From Nitrosopumilaceae archaeon (GTDB lineage Archaea > Thermoproteota > Nitrososphaeria > Nitrososphaerales > Nitrosopumilaceae), in the NCBI GenBank assembly GCA_965208905.1, contig OZ242365.1:1600001-1664000 (forward strand): a stretch of 64,000 nt of DNA, written 5' to 3'. The notes under the pieces are model-generated. The model was not told the origin of the DNA and did no database searches. It saw nothing but the letters and a program-made list of their open reading frames with translations. Shown here one piece after another: positions 1 through 9,704 of the stretch. A program made the position numbers and the translations under genes. The stretch's first letter is position 1. Each line of letters begins with the position of its first letter.

Positions 1-735
1 TGCCATCGGCCATGGTATCGTCAGTGTGCGTGTGTACTTTCGTATTATGTCAATTACAGCATCAACTTCATGTAACCCGTATTGGACCAACTCCAACGGA
101 TTACGGCTGACTGATGCGCGGAACATACCATGTTTGGTATGCTGGAATGTTAATACTGTGGCGCAATCTGTGCACAAAAGTAGTATGTGGTCACCCCGCA
201 CATGACATGCCACATGCTCGTGATTGCAATTTATGGAGTTCCACGTTTTTTCAAAGTCACGTTTGGTCTTGGCTGTCGTGGTGGCCCTGCGCAGGTCGAG
301 CTCCTCAATCATTATCCCGAGCATTATGTTGTCACGCTTCGGTGATTCACTTTCCGGGTCTGCACCACCTCTAGGCACAACCACAACAATTCCAATATCT
401 TTAATGAACTCTCTGACATCACTTGCCAGGACGCGCCCGACATACCGCTCAGAGTCCTCCAGAACAGACACATCAAATGTTCTGGGGTGCCCAAACTGTA
501 TTGAGAATTTTAACATCATACTGCCGTCAGCACGTCTTATCATGAAACATCGGCCATACAACCCACCAACCATGTTTCGGTGGTGTGGGTATTGCATAGC
601 AGACCAAAGATCCTTCAACACTGAATTATCAATAAAACATTCGGGATTCGTAGAACTATTCGGTGGCGCCCCAACATCTCTTATATCTCCACCATTCTGC
701 CGTTTTGTATATTGTATCTTTTCCCTACGCCCCAT
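1..735 (-). CDS. Hypothetical protein, runs off the left edge (MGRREKIQYTKRQ...)
   Basis: Hand-translated stop-free minus frame from ATG 735 to base 1; TTTTAA box ~29 nt upstream; the listed + ORF 224..802 is its antisense shadow. Confidence 0.65.
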   Translation of the reverse strand, partial: MGRREKIQYTKRQNGGDIRDVGAPPNSSTNPECFIDNSVLKDLWSAMQYPHHRNMVGGLYGRCFMIRRADGSMMLKFSIQFGHPRTFDVSVLEDSERYVGRVLASDVREFIKDIGIVVVVPRGGADPESESPKRDNIMLGIMIEELDLRRATTTAKTKRDFEKTWNSINCNHEHVACHVRGDHILLLCTDCATVLTFQHTKHGMFRASVSRNPLELVQYGLHEVDAVIDIIRKYTRTLTIPWPMA

Positions 736-1187
736 GTCATATATTGGAGCTCGGCGCCTTAAAAGGAGGATATTTACGGGGGATTGTCAAAAACTTGTGT
801 GATGGTATAGACTGTCAAATTTGTGGAGATGGGCGTACCTCATGTAGTGCAGTGAAATACCGGATTGAGAGTGAAATCATAATACCACGTTGAACTATAA
901 TAACATTATAGTTTCTTTCGGTATCTTCATGATAAGTGGAATTTCTGTGGAATGCTCGGTTTTGGATTTGCTATAAACTGTCCTGATATCGGCCCCAAAT
1001 GCCACAATCATATCACCAATCACAGCAATCCATTTTCCTAAATGCTTGGGCTGTGACGTTATGTGTGGTGCCGTACACGCGTTACACAGCTGCCAATCAA
1101 AGGTCTGCGCAACCCCCACAGTCTAGCATCTTTCACAATACGTACAATCCCAGACCACCCCCAACATACAATCACGTCCTTGATCGC

Positions 1188-3419
1188 TCAACTAATCATG
1201 GTAAGCCCGTTCTGCTTGGCAACCTGGTGTATGTTGTGTACCATCCCTTCCATCTCATTCTCATGTGATACAATGATGCACTGGCCAACCTTCAGTTCAT
1301 GCAGCACGTCCCTGAACGCGTGCATCTGCTGGCGTGAGAACCCTTCGGTAGGCTCATCCAGTATCAATATGTCTATGCCCTCCACCTGCTGATTCAGTGC
1401 CAGACGGTACGCCAGGGATACCGATGTACGCTCACCGCCAGAGAGATTTCTTACATTTTGTTATATGCCTGTCTGTGTTAACATGGGCTCAAACTTTTCG
1501 GATATATGCGATGTCTTTGTCGCATCATCTACCAGACGATTATACCAGTGCTTGTACTGTGTTGCAAACCTCTCACGTCTCTCATGCAGTATGTATTGTT
1601 CGATTGTCTCGCACGCGGGTATGAATTTGTCTACCAACCATGAGATTGAATCCTTGTGCTTTGTGTATGCTGCCTTATGTTTGGTCTGCTGTGCAATCTC
1701 GCCGCCCAGCCGTTCCTTCTCCTTGTTTAGATTCTCCAATCTCTCCTCATGCCTTGCCAACGAATCCCGCGCGGCCTGCAGGAGTTTGTTACTCTCATCC
1801 CGCTTTGCTCTTATCTGGGCTTCAACACCCCTGGCCTCATCCAACTCCCTGTGCAGGCCTGGCAGCTTCTGATGTTGTTCATTGTATTCGGCCATCTGCG
1901 TTTCTATCTCCTGCTTGCGCTTGTACAGCTCGGATATGCGCGCCGACACAATACTGATGGTCTTTTGCGCATCCCTATATGCGGTATAATCCCTGTCATA
2001 GTTGGCACGCCTGTCAATGTCGGCCCTCACTCCCTCTATGTTGGTCTGGGGCAGTGACTCCAACTGTACAGTACATTCCCGGCGCTTGGAGTTTAGCGTA
2101 TCGTACAATTCCTTGTTTGTATTATACGTGTTGAGTTCTGCCTTGTACCTGTCGAATAGTACCTTGTATTCATCATGTTTTACCTGTCGCGTATACAGTT
2201 CGTCCTCCGCACTCTGCAACTGGTCCGATATTGCCTGTATATTTGACTGGCGTTTGGATTTCAGTCCCTCCACATCATGTATCGTACCATCACAATACTC
2301 GCACTTTGCTCCCGTATTCTTTATGGACTCAAACAACTCCCTGGCGCGCTGCAGGTCTGCGCGCAGCCGGCCAACCTCCTCGGTATGCGCGGCTATATTC
2401 AGTGCCTCCATGTCTTTCTGTAGGGTGTTGCTTTCCGGCTTGCGCAGAGCGGGCATCTCATCAGTGTAGCGCCGTATCGCATCCTGTAGTGTGGTGTATC
2501 TGCTCTGTATGTTCTGCGCATCGTATAGGCGTTGCTGAAGTGTTTCGGCATCATCCACATCTATATCTGCGGGCTTTTTGCAACTCTCGGCCTGCTTTAG
2601 TTCCTCGGAATACTTGCGTATCCCATCCAGCGGGGATTCACCCTCCAGTTTTGATACATCCAGCGACTCTATCTGCCTTATCTCCATCTCAGACTCACGT
2701 ATGATGTCCTGTATCTGGGATAGGCGCGCATCATAGTTGTTGTTCTCGTATTGTATGATGGCTGTGCGCGTGGTACTACATACCTCCCCAAGGTTTAGTA
2801 TGTCTTTGCGTATTGTGCGTATTGTAGACTTGTTTGCATCCATATTTTCAAAGCGCGGAGCCAAGCCCACACACTCCTGTTTGAGATGTTTTATCATCTC
2901 CTTGGCGTTCTGTACGGCCGTTGAATAGTCCTGTATGCCAAAGGCTCGGCGTATCACCTCCTCGCGGCCCGTACCGTTTAGTATTGATTTTATCTCCTCC
3001 TGTGGGGTGTATATTGCGTAGCGGTACACCTTTGAGCGGCCGGTCTCACCAAAGCCCAGTATCTGCAGTATGCGGGTGTTGAGGTCCGATGCGGTCAGCA
3101 ACTCCGTTATGCCGTTGCATATGATGCATGTATCTGTCTGTGAGGCGTTGCCGCCCTTGATGCGTATGGTACGCTGTACCTCGTATGTGTCATCACCTAC
3201 CTTGAATTTCAGACTCACCTCTGCGCTGCTCTTGCCTTTTGAAACAAACCCATCAGATGATATGTATCCGAACCCAAACAAGGCAAACTCTATGCCCATC
3301 AGTATGGTAGTCTTGCCCGAACCCATGTCACCGCGATACAGCGTAATACCATCCTGGAAATCCAGCCTCGTATCCTGATGGGAGCGTATATTGTGCAGTT
3401 TCAATGATACCAGTCTCAT
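1188..3419 (-). pseudogene. rad50: Rad50 ABC-ATPase interrupted by an in-frame TAA at 1461-1463
   Basis: Walker A GDMGSGKT, Q-loop YTPQEE, coiled coil with CEYC zinc hook; after the TAA the same frame continues [12 protein letters not shown]...ILILDEPT...IIVSH (signature, Walker B, H-loop). Confidence 0.9.
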
Positions 3420-4495
3420 AATATGTCCACCCCGTCTCGTATGATGCGAGCCGCATAGTCACGCTTTGTCTCATTTTCGGGCTTCTCGTGGCGCAGCGTA
3501 TGTAGTAATGTGATGCCGCGTCTATCATCCCCCATGACTTCCTTCATGATGTCATCTTCCGTATCGTGCGGCGAACGCTCCGCATGCCGCGTGTTGTGTA
3601 GTGGGAGTGTTGTATCATCCTGTATCTTTGTGTATAGAGCGTCGGTCCTGATGCTTGATATATCCGGCGGGGTCGTAACCTCACCATGTATGCGCATGTA
3701 TAGTATCTTGCCTGGATACACAAAATCCCCATGTATGTCGTCCGGCGTGATGGACAGGTATTGGTATTGTGCCAGTTGTACCGGTATGAATTCCGGTTTG
3801 TAATCATCATATATGACATATCCGCGCTTCACCCCGCGCGCCGAATTATACATATCGTTGGGATGCCCGCCAAACAGCGTACCCGGATATATGATGTTTT
3901 TGTTATGCGTCTGGTAATCATGCATGTGGCCACCCAGGTATAGTTTGCAGTCGGCGGGCAGCATCTCTGCGCTCATCATATCATATGTGCCTGATATGTC
4001 CCCGTGAAACAGGAATATGTCCGGCTGGTTCTGTAGTATGTAATCTTTATCCAATATACGATATAGTTCCGCGTCCCGCCCGAGTTTCAACCCCGGCAGT
4101 CCCATTATGCAATACTCCCCTACATGTGTTGGTGTTGGACGCACCTTCCCTTCGTGTATCGTCGTATATGATAGCTTCTGCATCAAGCCTGCAGCCACCA
4201 GGACGTCTATGAAGGAGTTTGAGAGGGGTGAAAAGTCATGGGAACCGTATATCGTATACACCGGAATGTTGTTCTCCTTCAATCTCATCAGCTGTTTAAT
4301 CGCCAATTTTTGCACACGCACCTCGGGTATATTCACATGGAATGTATCCCCGCAGAACAGTACTACACCTACACCGCGCTGTATTATGTCTGATATCACA
4401 TACTCGAATGTCTCTGATTCCAGTTTTTGCAGCACTACATCTTTTTGGTATCCCAGATGCGTGTCTGCAAGGTGTGCTAGTGTAGCCGGTTTCAT
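3416..4495 (-). CDS. mre11: Mre11 nuclease
   Basis: Phosphoesterase motifs ADTHLG, GDTFH, GSHD, FHG, GHMH; start moved to 4495 (27 nt after CCTTAAAA); ATGA overlap with rad50. Confidence 0.92.
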   Translation of the reverse strand: MKPATLAHLADTHLGYQKDVVLQKLESETFEYVISDIIQRGVGVVLFCGDTFHVNIPEVRVQKLAIKQLMRLKENNIPVYTIYGSHDFSPLSNSFIDVLVAAGLMQKLSYTTIHEGKVRPTPTHVGEYCIMGLPGLKLGRDAELYRILDKDYILQNQPDIFLFHGDISGTYDMMSAEMLPADCKLYLGGHMHDYQTHNKNIIYPGTLFGGHPNDMYNSARGVKRGYVIYDDYKPEFIPVQLAQYQYLSITPDDIHGDFVYPGKILYMRIHGEVTTPPDISSIRTDALYTKIQDDTTLPLHNTRHAERSPHDTEDDIMKEVMGDDRRGITLLHTLRHEKPENETKRDYAARIIRDGVDIL

Positions 4496-4664
4496 ACCGT
4501 TATACTGCTTCATCGCTTTTAAGGAGGAAAGTGAGGTATTCGACTCAAAATATTACTTGATTGGTGGGAAGTAAAGTTCAGATTACTGGGTTCTCCCTAC
4601 AAAGTAGACTGGCCCATGACCATACCCCCCGCCTACGATGTATTTCTTACCTGGGCGTGTTACA

Positions 4665-5210
4665 TTATGGTGTGGGTTTTTTCTTGGCCTCTTCGATTAG
4701 TCTAAAAATACTTCTGCATAATAAGCCACCATGCCTATCCTTACCGAACTCTTCCACACAATCCCAATAGGCTGTTGCCATTCTGTCTAGATGTTCTTGC
4801 ATTCTCTTTTGTTTCCCTGATGGGTTGTTCCTGTTCATGGCTTTGAGCTCATCTATGATATACTCCATGGATTGTAACATGCCTTCCATTGCGTTTAATG
4901 TGGCATTTCGCTTATCTTTCCCCTTACGGACCTCAGCCCCCAAATATTGGTAATTGGCTATTGCGTGGCTTGCAATATCCAACATATGTGTATGTACATA
5001 TGGACTTTTCATGGGCCACACACCCATATTACACCGCAAATCGTCATCCACAAGTCGATAGTGGCCTTGTCCAACAGACAACATATACATCAACTCACCA
5101 ATTGGTTTACTAACATCATCATAGTGTGTTTTAGTGGCTAATTTCACCTGATTATCACCCACGCATGGGTTTTGAAAATATTTCCCAACCCTACGGGAAC
5201 ATTCTATCAC
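4665..5210 (-). CDS. Hypothetical protein inserted in the repair cluster
   Basis: 181-aa ORF, no recognisable motif. Confidence 0.55.
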   Translation of the reverse strand: MIECSRRVGKYFQNPCVGDNQVKLATKTHYDDVSKPIGELMYMLSVGQGHYRLVDDDLRCNMGVWPMKSPYVHTHMLDIASHAIANYQYLGAEVRKGKDKRNATLNAMEGMLQSMEYIIDELKAMNRNNPSGKQKRMQEHLDRMATAYWDCVEEFGKDRHGGLLCRSIFRLIEEAKKKPTP

Positions 5211-5502
5211 ACACGGCTATATACCACACCATCCTTGCCGCCCTCTCGGTATACGCACTCTCCATACACTCCTCCCAACTTGAAGACCCCTTCAATACTA
5301 ATCCTATATCTGGTGTTACCTCTACATCTGTCGTGGGGGTGTTTAAGAAAAGGAAACCGAGAGATATGATTATACCAACTATCAGTAACACAACACCGAG
5401 ACCCATCTTGGTACGGGGTAATACACAGAAAATCCCACCTGTTACGGTCATACATATTCCCAACATGAAGATGGGGGAGTGTATCAACAACTCAGTTGTC
5501 AT
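5191..5502 (-). CDS. Small membrane protein (2 TM)
   Basis: Two hydrophobic stretches; preceded by a G11 run on the coding strand. Confidence 0.5.
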   Translation of the reverse strand: MTTELLIHSPIFMLGICMTVTGGIFCVLPRTKMGLGVVLLIVGIIISLGFLFLNTPTTDVEVTPDIGLVLKGSSSWEECMESAYTERAARMVWYIAVCDRMFP

Positions 5503-5559
5503 TTAGAGTCCCCCCCCCCCAGTACCAGGATAGCCCACATCTTCAAACAAAAAATCCAA

Positions 5560-6982
5560 CTAACCTATCACCTTATAGTCTGCACGTTTTGACTCCCGCG
5601 CCTCAAATAGTGGAATTTTAATCGGTATGGCAAACGGCACGAACACGCTGGATATGATGGCCTCACCCTTGTCAAGTCCTGCGATATTCAGCATGTCTTT
5701 TGAGAGGTCTTGCGCAGCAGACTCTATTACGGCCTTGCGTTCCTGTATCATCTCGTTGCCGAGTATAATCTTCGTGCCCAGATTCGCCAGTATGTCCCGC
5801 GGTATCATGCTTGTAAGCTGGGTGATTGCCACCAGACCGACCTTGAACTTGCGTCCCTCACGCGCAATCGTACCGAACACATTGCCCTCACCCATGTCGT
5901 TTAGCACGCGCGGCGCCTCCTCAAGTATTATGGATGCTACCGGCAACTCGTGCAGTCTGCCTTCCCGCTGTGCCATACGGTAATGATACAGTATGCTATA
6001 CGCGAGCACAGAACCTATGAGCAACTCCTCCTTGTCGTCCAGCGTGGATGTATCTATCACAACCACCTCTCCCGCCGCAACAGCACCAACAATATCATGT
6101 ACGGTATTGCCGCCGTCCAGCGTAAATGTCTCCCCCCTTCCTATATTCAGGGCGCGCCCAATTTTTCTGCGCAGTACGAGTCGTGTCCTAAGCACGCGCG
6201 CATCCAAGCCCTCATCATCACTCTCATCGAATAATCTGGCAATCCAGTCTCTGCCGTGTCTGCTGTTCAACTCCCACACCATGTCTGACTGCGCATCAGA
6301 CAGTTCGACAACCCCCCCTTAGCTGTGAGGGATGTATGTGCTGCGTGCTTATCGCGAGGCTCTTCCCGTACTGTTTGAGATTCCTGCCGGCCTTTGGATG
6401 GCTATCCAGCGTATGATACTCGTTATGCGCATCCAGTACCAGCATGCCGACATCATTTGAGTCCAAAAGATTCCACAGTATGTTCTTTACCAGGTTTGAC
6501 TTGCCGCGGCCGGTCGTCGCGGGTATCAACACATGGTGCGAGAACACATCCTGAGCGTTGAGTTTCACATCAACCCCAAGCACCTTACTGCCGCTCCGTA
6601 TCATGCCCAGCGATAGATTGTTGCGCGGGTCGCCGGACAGAAACCTAAAGTCCTCATCTGACACATCATGTATCTCGCCAAGAAACTTGGGTAGTTTCTT
6701 TGTCTTGTGCACCTCGCCTCCCCGCACATCACACAGCGCCTTTACGGTACAGATGATATACTCTGTGTCTTCCCGCTCTATGAAGTCATCCATGTGCTGT
6801 ATAGACCCGGCCATCATGCCCCACAGGTTCATGTTGTTCTTGGGTGCGTACTGTATATCATATACCTGCAGTATGTTGTGTTTTGTCTTTAGCAGGTCGC
6901 CTATCTCTATATCATAGTCCTCGGCCTGCCGTATTATGATCTCATCAAACGCCCCACCCATTACGCGTCCCACAACAGTCAT
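5560..6982 (-). pseudogene. herA: HerA helicase/translocase split by a +1 frameshift in a G7 run (6312-6318)
   Basis: HAS barrel N-terminus, ATTGRGKS, LDAHNEY; second ORF has ILEEAP, IAREGRKF, AITQ; removing one G joins them (LRGVVELSDAQSDM). Confidence 0.9.
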
Positions 6983-7977
6983 CTGTTCACCTCGTTTAGT
7001 TTTTCATGCATCTCCATGTCGGCTATGTCGCGCTGTATGTCTTTGGAGAGGTTGTGCCGGATCTTCCACAATACAATCCTGCCCTCGTCCTTTCTTATCT
7101 TCGCCATATGGTCGGCGCGTATCAAACCCGTGGGATACCCGTACATGCGCACATCCTTTGAGTTGGCGCGTATGGTATTCACAATATCATGTATGTCTTG
7201 TGTGTCCAATGTATCATATGCCGCCTGATCTATATCCAGCAGGTATGGCCTGCTTTTTTCATGCAACATAACACCGAGTGTGGCAGCCGCATCGCGCACG
7301 TGCCCAATCCTGACAAACGCAGGTCCCCGTGAATGCATACTGCGCAGGTGTGATATCAGGGGCCTGCCGTTGTACATCGCGTTTGTGGTCTTTGCCAGGG
7401 CGCATACGACAACACCCTTGCGGTGTGCTGCATGGCATAATTCCGACATTAACTGACTCTCCTTCCCACCCCATGCGTTCAATGCCCCGTCCATGACCAG
7501 TATGTTTAGTCTGTCTTTACACTCCATCTCCTGAATGATTTTTGTTGCATATGTCCACTCCGAATATGAGCGCGCCATTGAATCATGTCTGTGCGTCTGC
7601 GGGGCGTGTATCAGGGCAGATGCATCGTTCAGTATACGCTCCGATACCAGATACCCGCGCTCGTCCCGGTGTATTGGATATATTGCATGTGTGATGGGAT
7701 CATACCGTATAAGCGAATAGAACGACACGCGCGGATACTCCCGTATACGGCTCATTCCATTGTACGTGGCGCCGAACAGCCGGTTTATCTCCAGGTGGCA
7801 GTACGGCGTGTGCAGTATGCTCATGTTGCCGCCATCCACAAATGTACAATCCAGTGTGGTGTTTGACTGGATTGGCTCAAAACCATCGTCTATCCTTACA
7901 CTACCGCCAATTCCATCAAACGGTATGCGGTTTATCTCCTGTATGACGGCCTGCCGTATAACAGATACTGTACTCAT
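6979..7977 (-). CDS. nurA: NurA nuclease
   Basis: FVDGG, MDGAL, LAKTT, GYPxxLxxAD motifs; directly upstream of herA; start MSTVSV 27 nt after CCTTATA. Confidence 0.85.
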   Translation of the reverse strand: MSTVSVIRQAVIQEINRIPFDGIGGSVRIDDGFEPIQSNTTLDCTFVDGGNMSILHTPYCHLEINRLFGATYNGMSRIREYPRVSFYSLIRYDPITHAIYPIHRDERGYLVSERILNDASALIHAPQTHRHDSMARSYSEWTYATKIIQEMECKDRLNILVMDGALNAWGGKESQLMSELCHAAHRKGVVVCALAKTTNAMYNGRPLISHLRSMHSRGPAFVRIGHVRDAAATLGVMLHEKSRPYLLDIDQAAYDTLDTQDIHDIVNTIRANSKDVRMYGYPTGLIRADHMAKIRKDEGRIVLWKIRHNLSKDIQRDIADMEMHEKLNEVNR

Positions 7978-7998
7978 ACCCTCCTGATGCACGATACA

Positions 7999-8046
7999 AT
8001 ATAAGGCGCAATATGGCATTTTCCACACCCATATAGCGCCTTAAAT
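7999..8046. promoter_or_regulatory. Back-to-back promoters for nurA-herA and radA
   Basis: CATATAGCGCCTTAAA (+) and CATATTGCGCCTTATA (-), 28 and 27 nt from the respective ATGs. Confidence 0.8.
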
Positions 8047-8068
8047 GGAACGACACTTTACACTGCCA

Positions 8069-9043
8069 ATGGAAGATATACAACTTGACAGTCTGGAGGG
8101 CGTCGGACCGGTAACCGCACGCAAACTGGCTGAAGCAGGCATACACAACATCATGGATTTGGTAGTGCGGGGGCCCATTGAGATCTCCAACATCACAAGC
8201 ATGGAGAAGGAGGCTGCCGAAAAGCTGGTCACCAAGGCCAGAAAACATCTATCCGAAAGCGGGCAACTGGCAAAAGAGTTTGTCAGTGCGGCAGAAATCT
8301 ACAAACGTCGACAAGAGATAGGAAAGATATCCACCGGAACCGACTGCCTCGACACGCTGTTTGGCGGAGGCGTTGAGACGCAGGCCCTTACCGAGGTATA
8401 TGGTGAGTTTGGCTGCGGTAAGACCCAATTCTGCCACACCCTATGCGTCATGGTACAAAAGAGCATACAGGACGGCGGCCTTGGGGGCGGCGTGCTGTAT
8501 ATGGACTCTGAGAATACCTTCAGGCCTGAAAGAATAGCCTCTATTGCCAAGGCCAATGGCATGGACCCACAGCGCATACTGGAGAACATCATAGTGGCCC
8601 GTGCATACAACAGTGCCCATCAGATACTCATACTTGAGGAGGCCGGTGCGATAATACGTGAGAATAACATCAAGCTACTGGTGGCAGATTCGGCAGTCGG
8701 TCTGTTCAGATCCGAGTATCTGGGACGCGGCACACTGTCCGAGAGGCAGCAGAGATTAAACCACTTTGTGCACCTGTTGGTGCGCATAGCCGAGACGTAC
8801 AATGTTGCCGCGGTGGCCACCAACCAAGTGATGTCATCCCCGGATTCGTTCTTTGGGGATCCGACAAAGCCCATTGGAGGCAATGTGGTGGCTCATACCA
8901 GCACGTACAGGGTTTACTTTAAAAAGTCCGGCAAAAAGAGGATAGCCCGCATGGTGGACAGTCCGCACCATCCCGAGGAGGAGACGATGTTCGCCATAAG
9001 CGAGGCGGGCATAATCGACCCCGTAGAGCCAAAAACCAAGTAA
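8069..9043 (+). CDS. radA: Archaeal RadA recombinase
   Basis: HhH N-terminus LEGVGP, GEFGCGKT, TFRPERI, GRGTLSERQQ, PIGGNVVAH; start MEDIQL 28 nt after TTAAA; T-rich terminator 9044-9055. Confidence 0.97.
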   Translation: MEDIQLDSLEGVGPVTARKLAEAGIHNIMDLVVRGPIEISNITSMEKEAAEKLVTKARKHLSESGQLAKEFVSAAEIYKRRQEIGKISTGTDCLDTLFGGGVETQALTEVYGEFGCGKTQFCHTLCVMVQKSIQDGGLGGGVLYMDSENTFRPERIASIAKANGMDPQRILENIIVARAYNSAHQILILEEAGAIIRENNIKLLVADSAVGLFRSEYLGRGTLSERQQRLNHFVHLLVRIAETYNVAAVATNQVMSSPDSFFGDPTKPIGGNVVAHTSTYRVYFKKSGKKRIARMVDSPHHPEEETMFAISEAGIIDPVEPKTK

Positions 9044-9060
9044 TTTTTTTGTTTTATTTG

Positions 9061-9170
9061 ACCGGGGATCACCCCCCGGCAAGGTTTGCCGTGTAGGCAA
9101 ACCAGCAACATACAGCAGGGGCGCCGGACACTGACCCACGTGTGTGCTAGGACGTAAAGTCTCGCCCGGC
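9061..9170 (-). ncRNA. Structured small RNA: GCCGGGC pseudoknot plus two 3' hairpins, the last CRISPR-repeat-like
   Basis: Starts exactly 28 nt after GCGCCTTATA; GCCGGGC pairs with GUCCGGC; GGUUUGCC/GGCAAACC and CCGGGG/CCCCGG stems; no credible ORF. Confidence 0.7.
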
Positions 9171-9224
9171 CCTATGGATGCTGCGTGGCACAATATAAGG
9201 CGCTATGTGGCTTTGGGTCGAAAT

Positions 9225-9506
9225 TATTCAGTCGTATCTACAAGAGCATTCGGCGTGGTCAGGGGTTGACTGTAGCCGTTCCACGGAACCGTCCGTCATT
9301 GTTTTGGCGATGTCATGTGTATGGTGAAGTTATGGACATCCTACCACGCCTGCCTTTCGGCCAACCGAGGCTGTCCAGTGTACAGAAGTCATGTGTTTGT
9401 TGATGTTACGAAATAGTACGAGTACTACTGCTAGATGTTGTGACATGCATCGAGTGACAGTCCTCGGGCTTATTGTATGCCGTCTGTGTCGATGATGTGG
9501 CTTCAT
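9225..9506 (-). ncRNA. ~280-nt highly structured RNA candidate
   Basis: Own promoter (CCCTTAAACG, 28 nt); long-range stems 9456-9467/9365-9375 and 9340-9350/9252-9263, GCC-GAAA-GGC hairpin 9352-9361; a weak 58-codon ORF (9506-9330) is the alternative. Confidence 0.55.
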
Positions 9507-9590
9507 GCCAAGGTAGCAGATCGGTTACGTTTAAGGGAGTATATGGCTTTGGACTGATGGTGACTATAGTCCCACAACATCATAAAATTT

Positions 9591-9670
9591 AACCGGGGGC
9601 TTTGGGCCCCCGGCAAGGTCTGGGGGACTACCGCCCCCGACCTAGGCGCATACGCCGGCACCTACCATAA
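9591..9670 (-). ncRNA. Three-hairpin small RNA ending in a CRISPR-repeat-like stem-loop
   Basis: CCTTTAAA box ~30 nt upstream; stems UAGGUGC/GCGCCUA, GGUC-GGGGGC/GUCCCC-GACC (bulged), CCGGGGGC/GCCCCCGG; same ACCUUGCCGGGGG junction as the 9061 RNA. Confidence 0.6.
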
Positions 9671-9704
9671 GACGGTATGATACATATCGATTGCATTTAA
9701 AGGA

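Noticed and set aside
1461-1463. Stop-codon reassignment
   Set aside because: TAA terminates many intact genes here (radA, mcm, tbp); only one internal case.
9225-9506. RNase P or SRP RNA
   Set aside because: Could not find the GAGGAAAGUCC/P4 or SRP helix-8 consensus on either strand.
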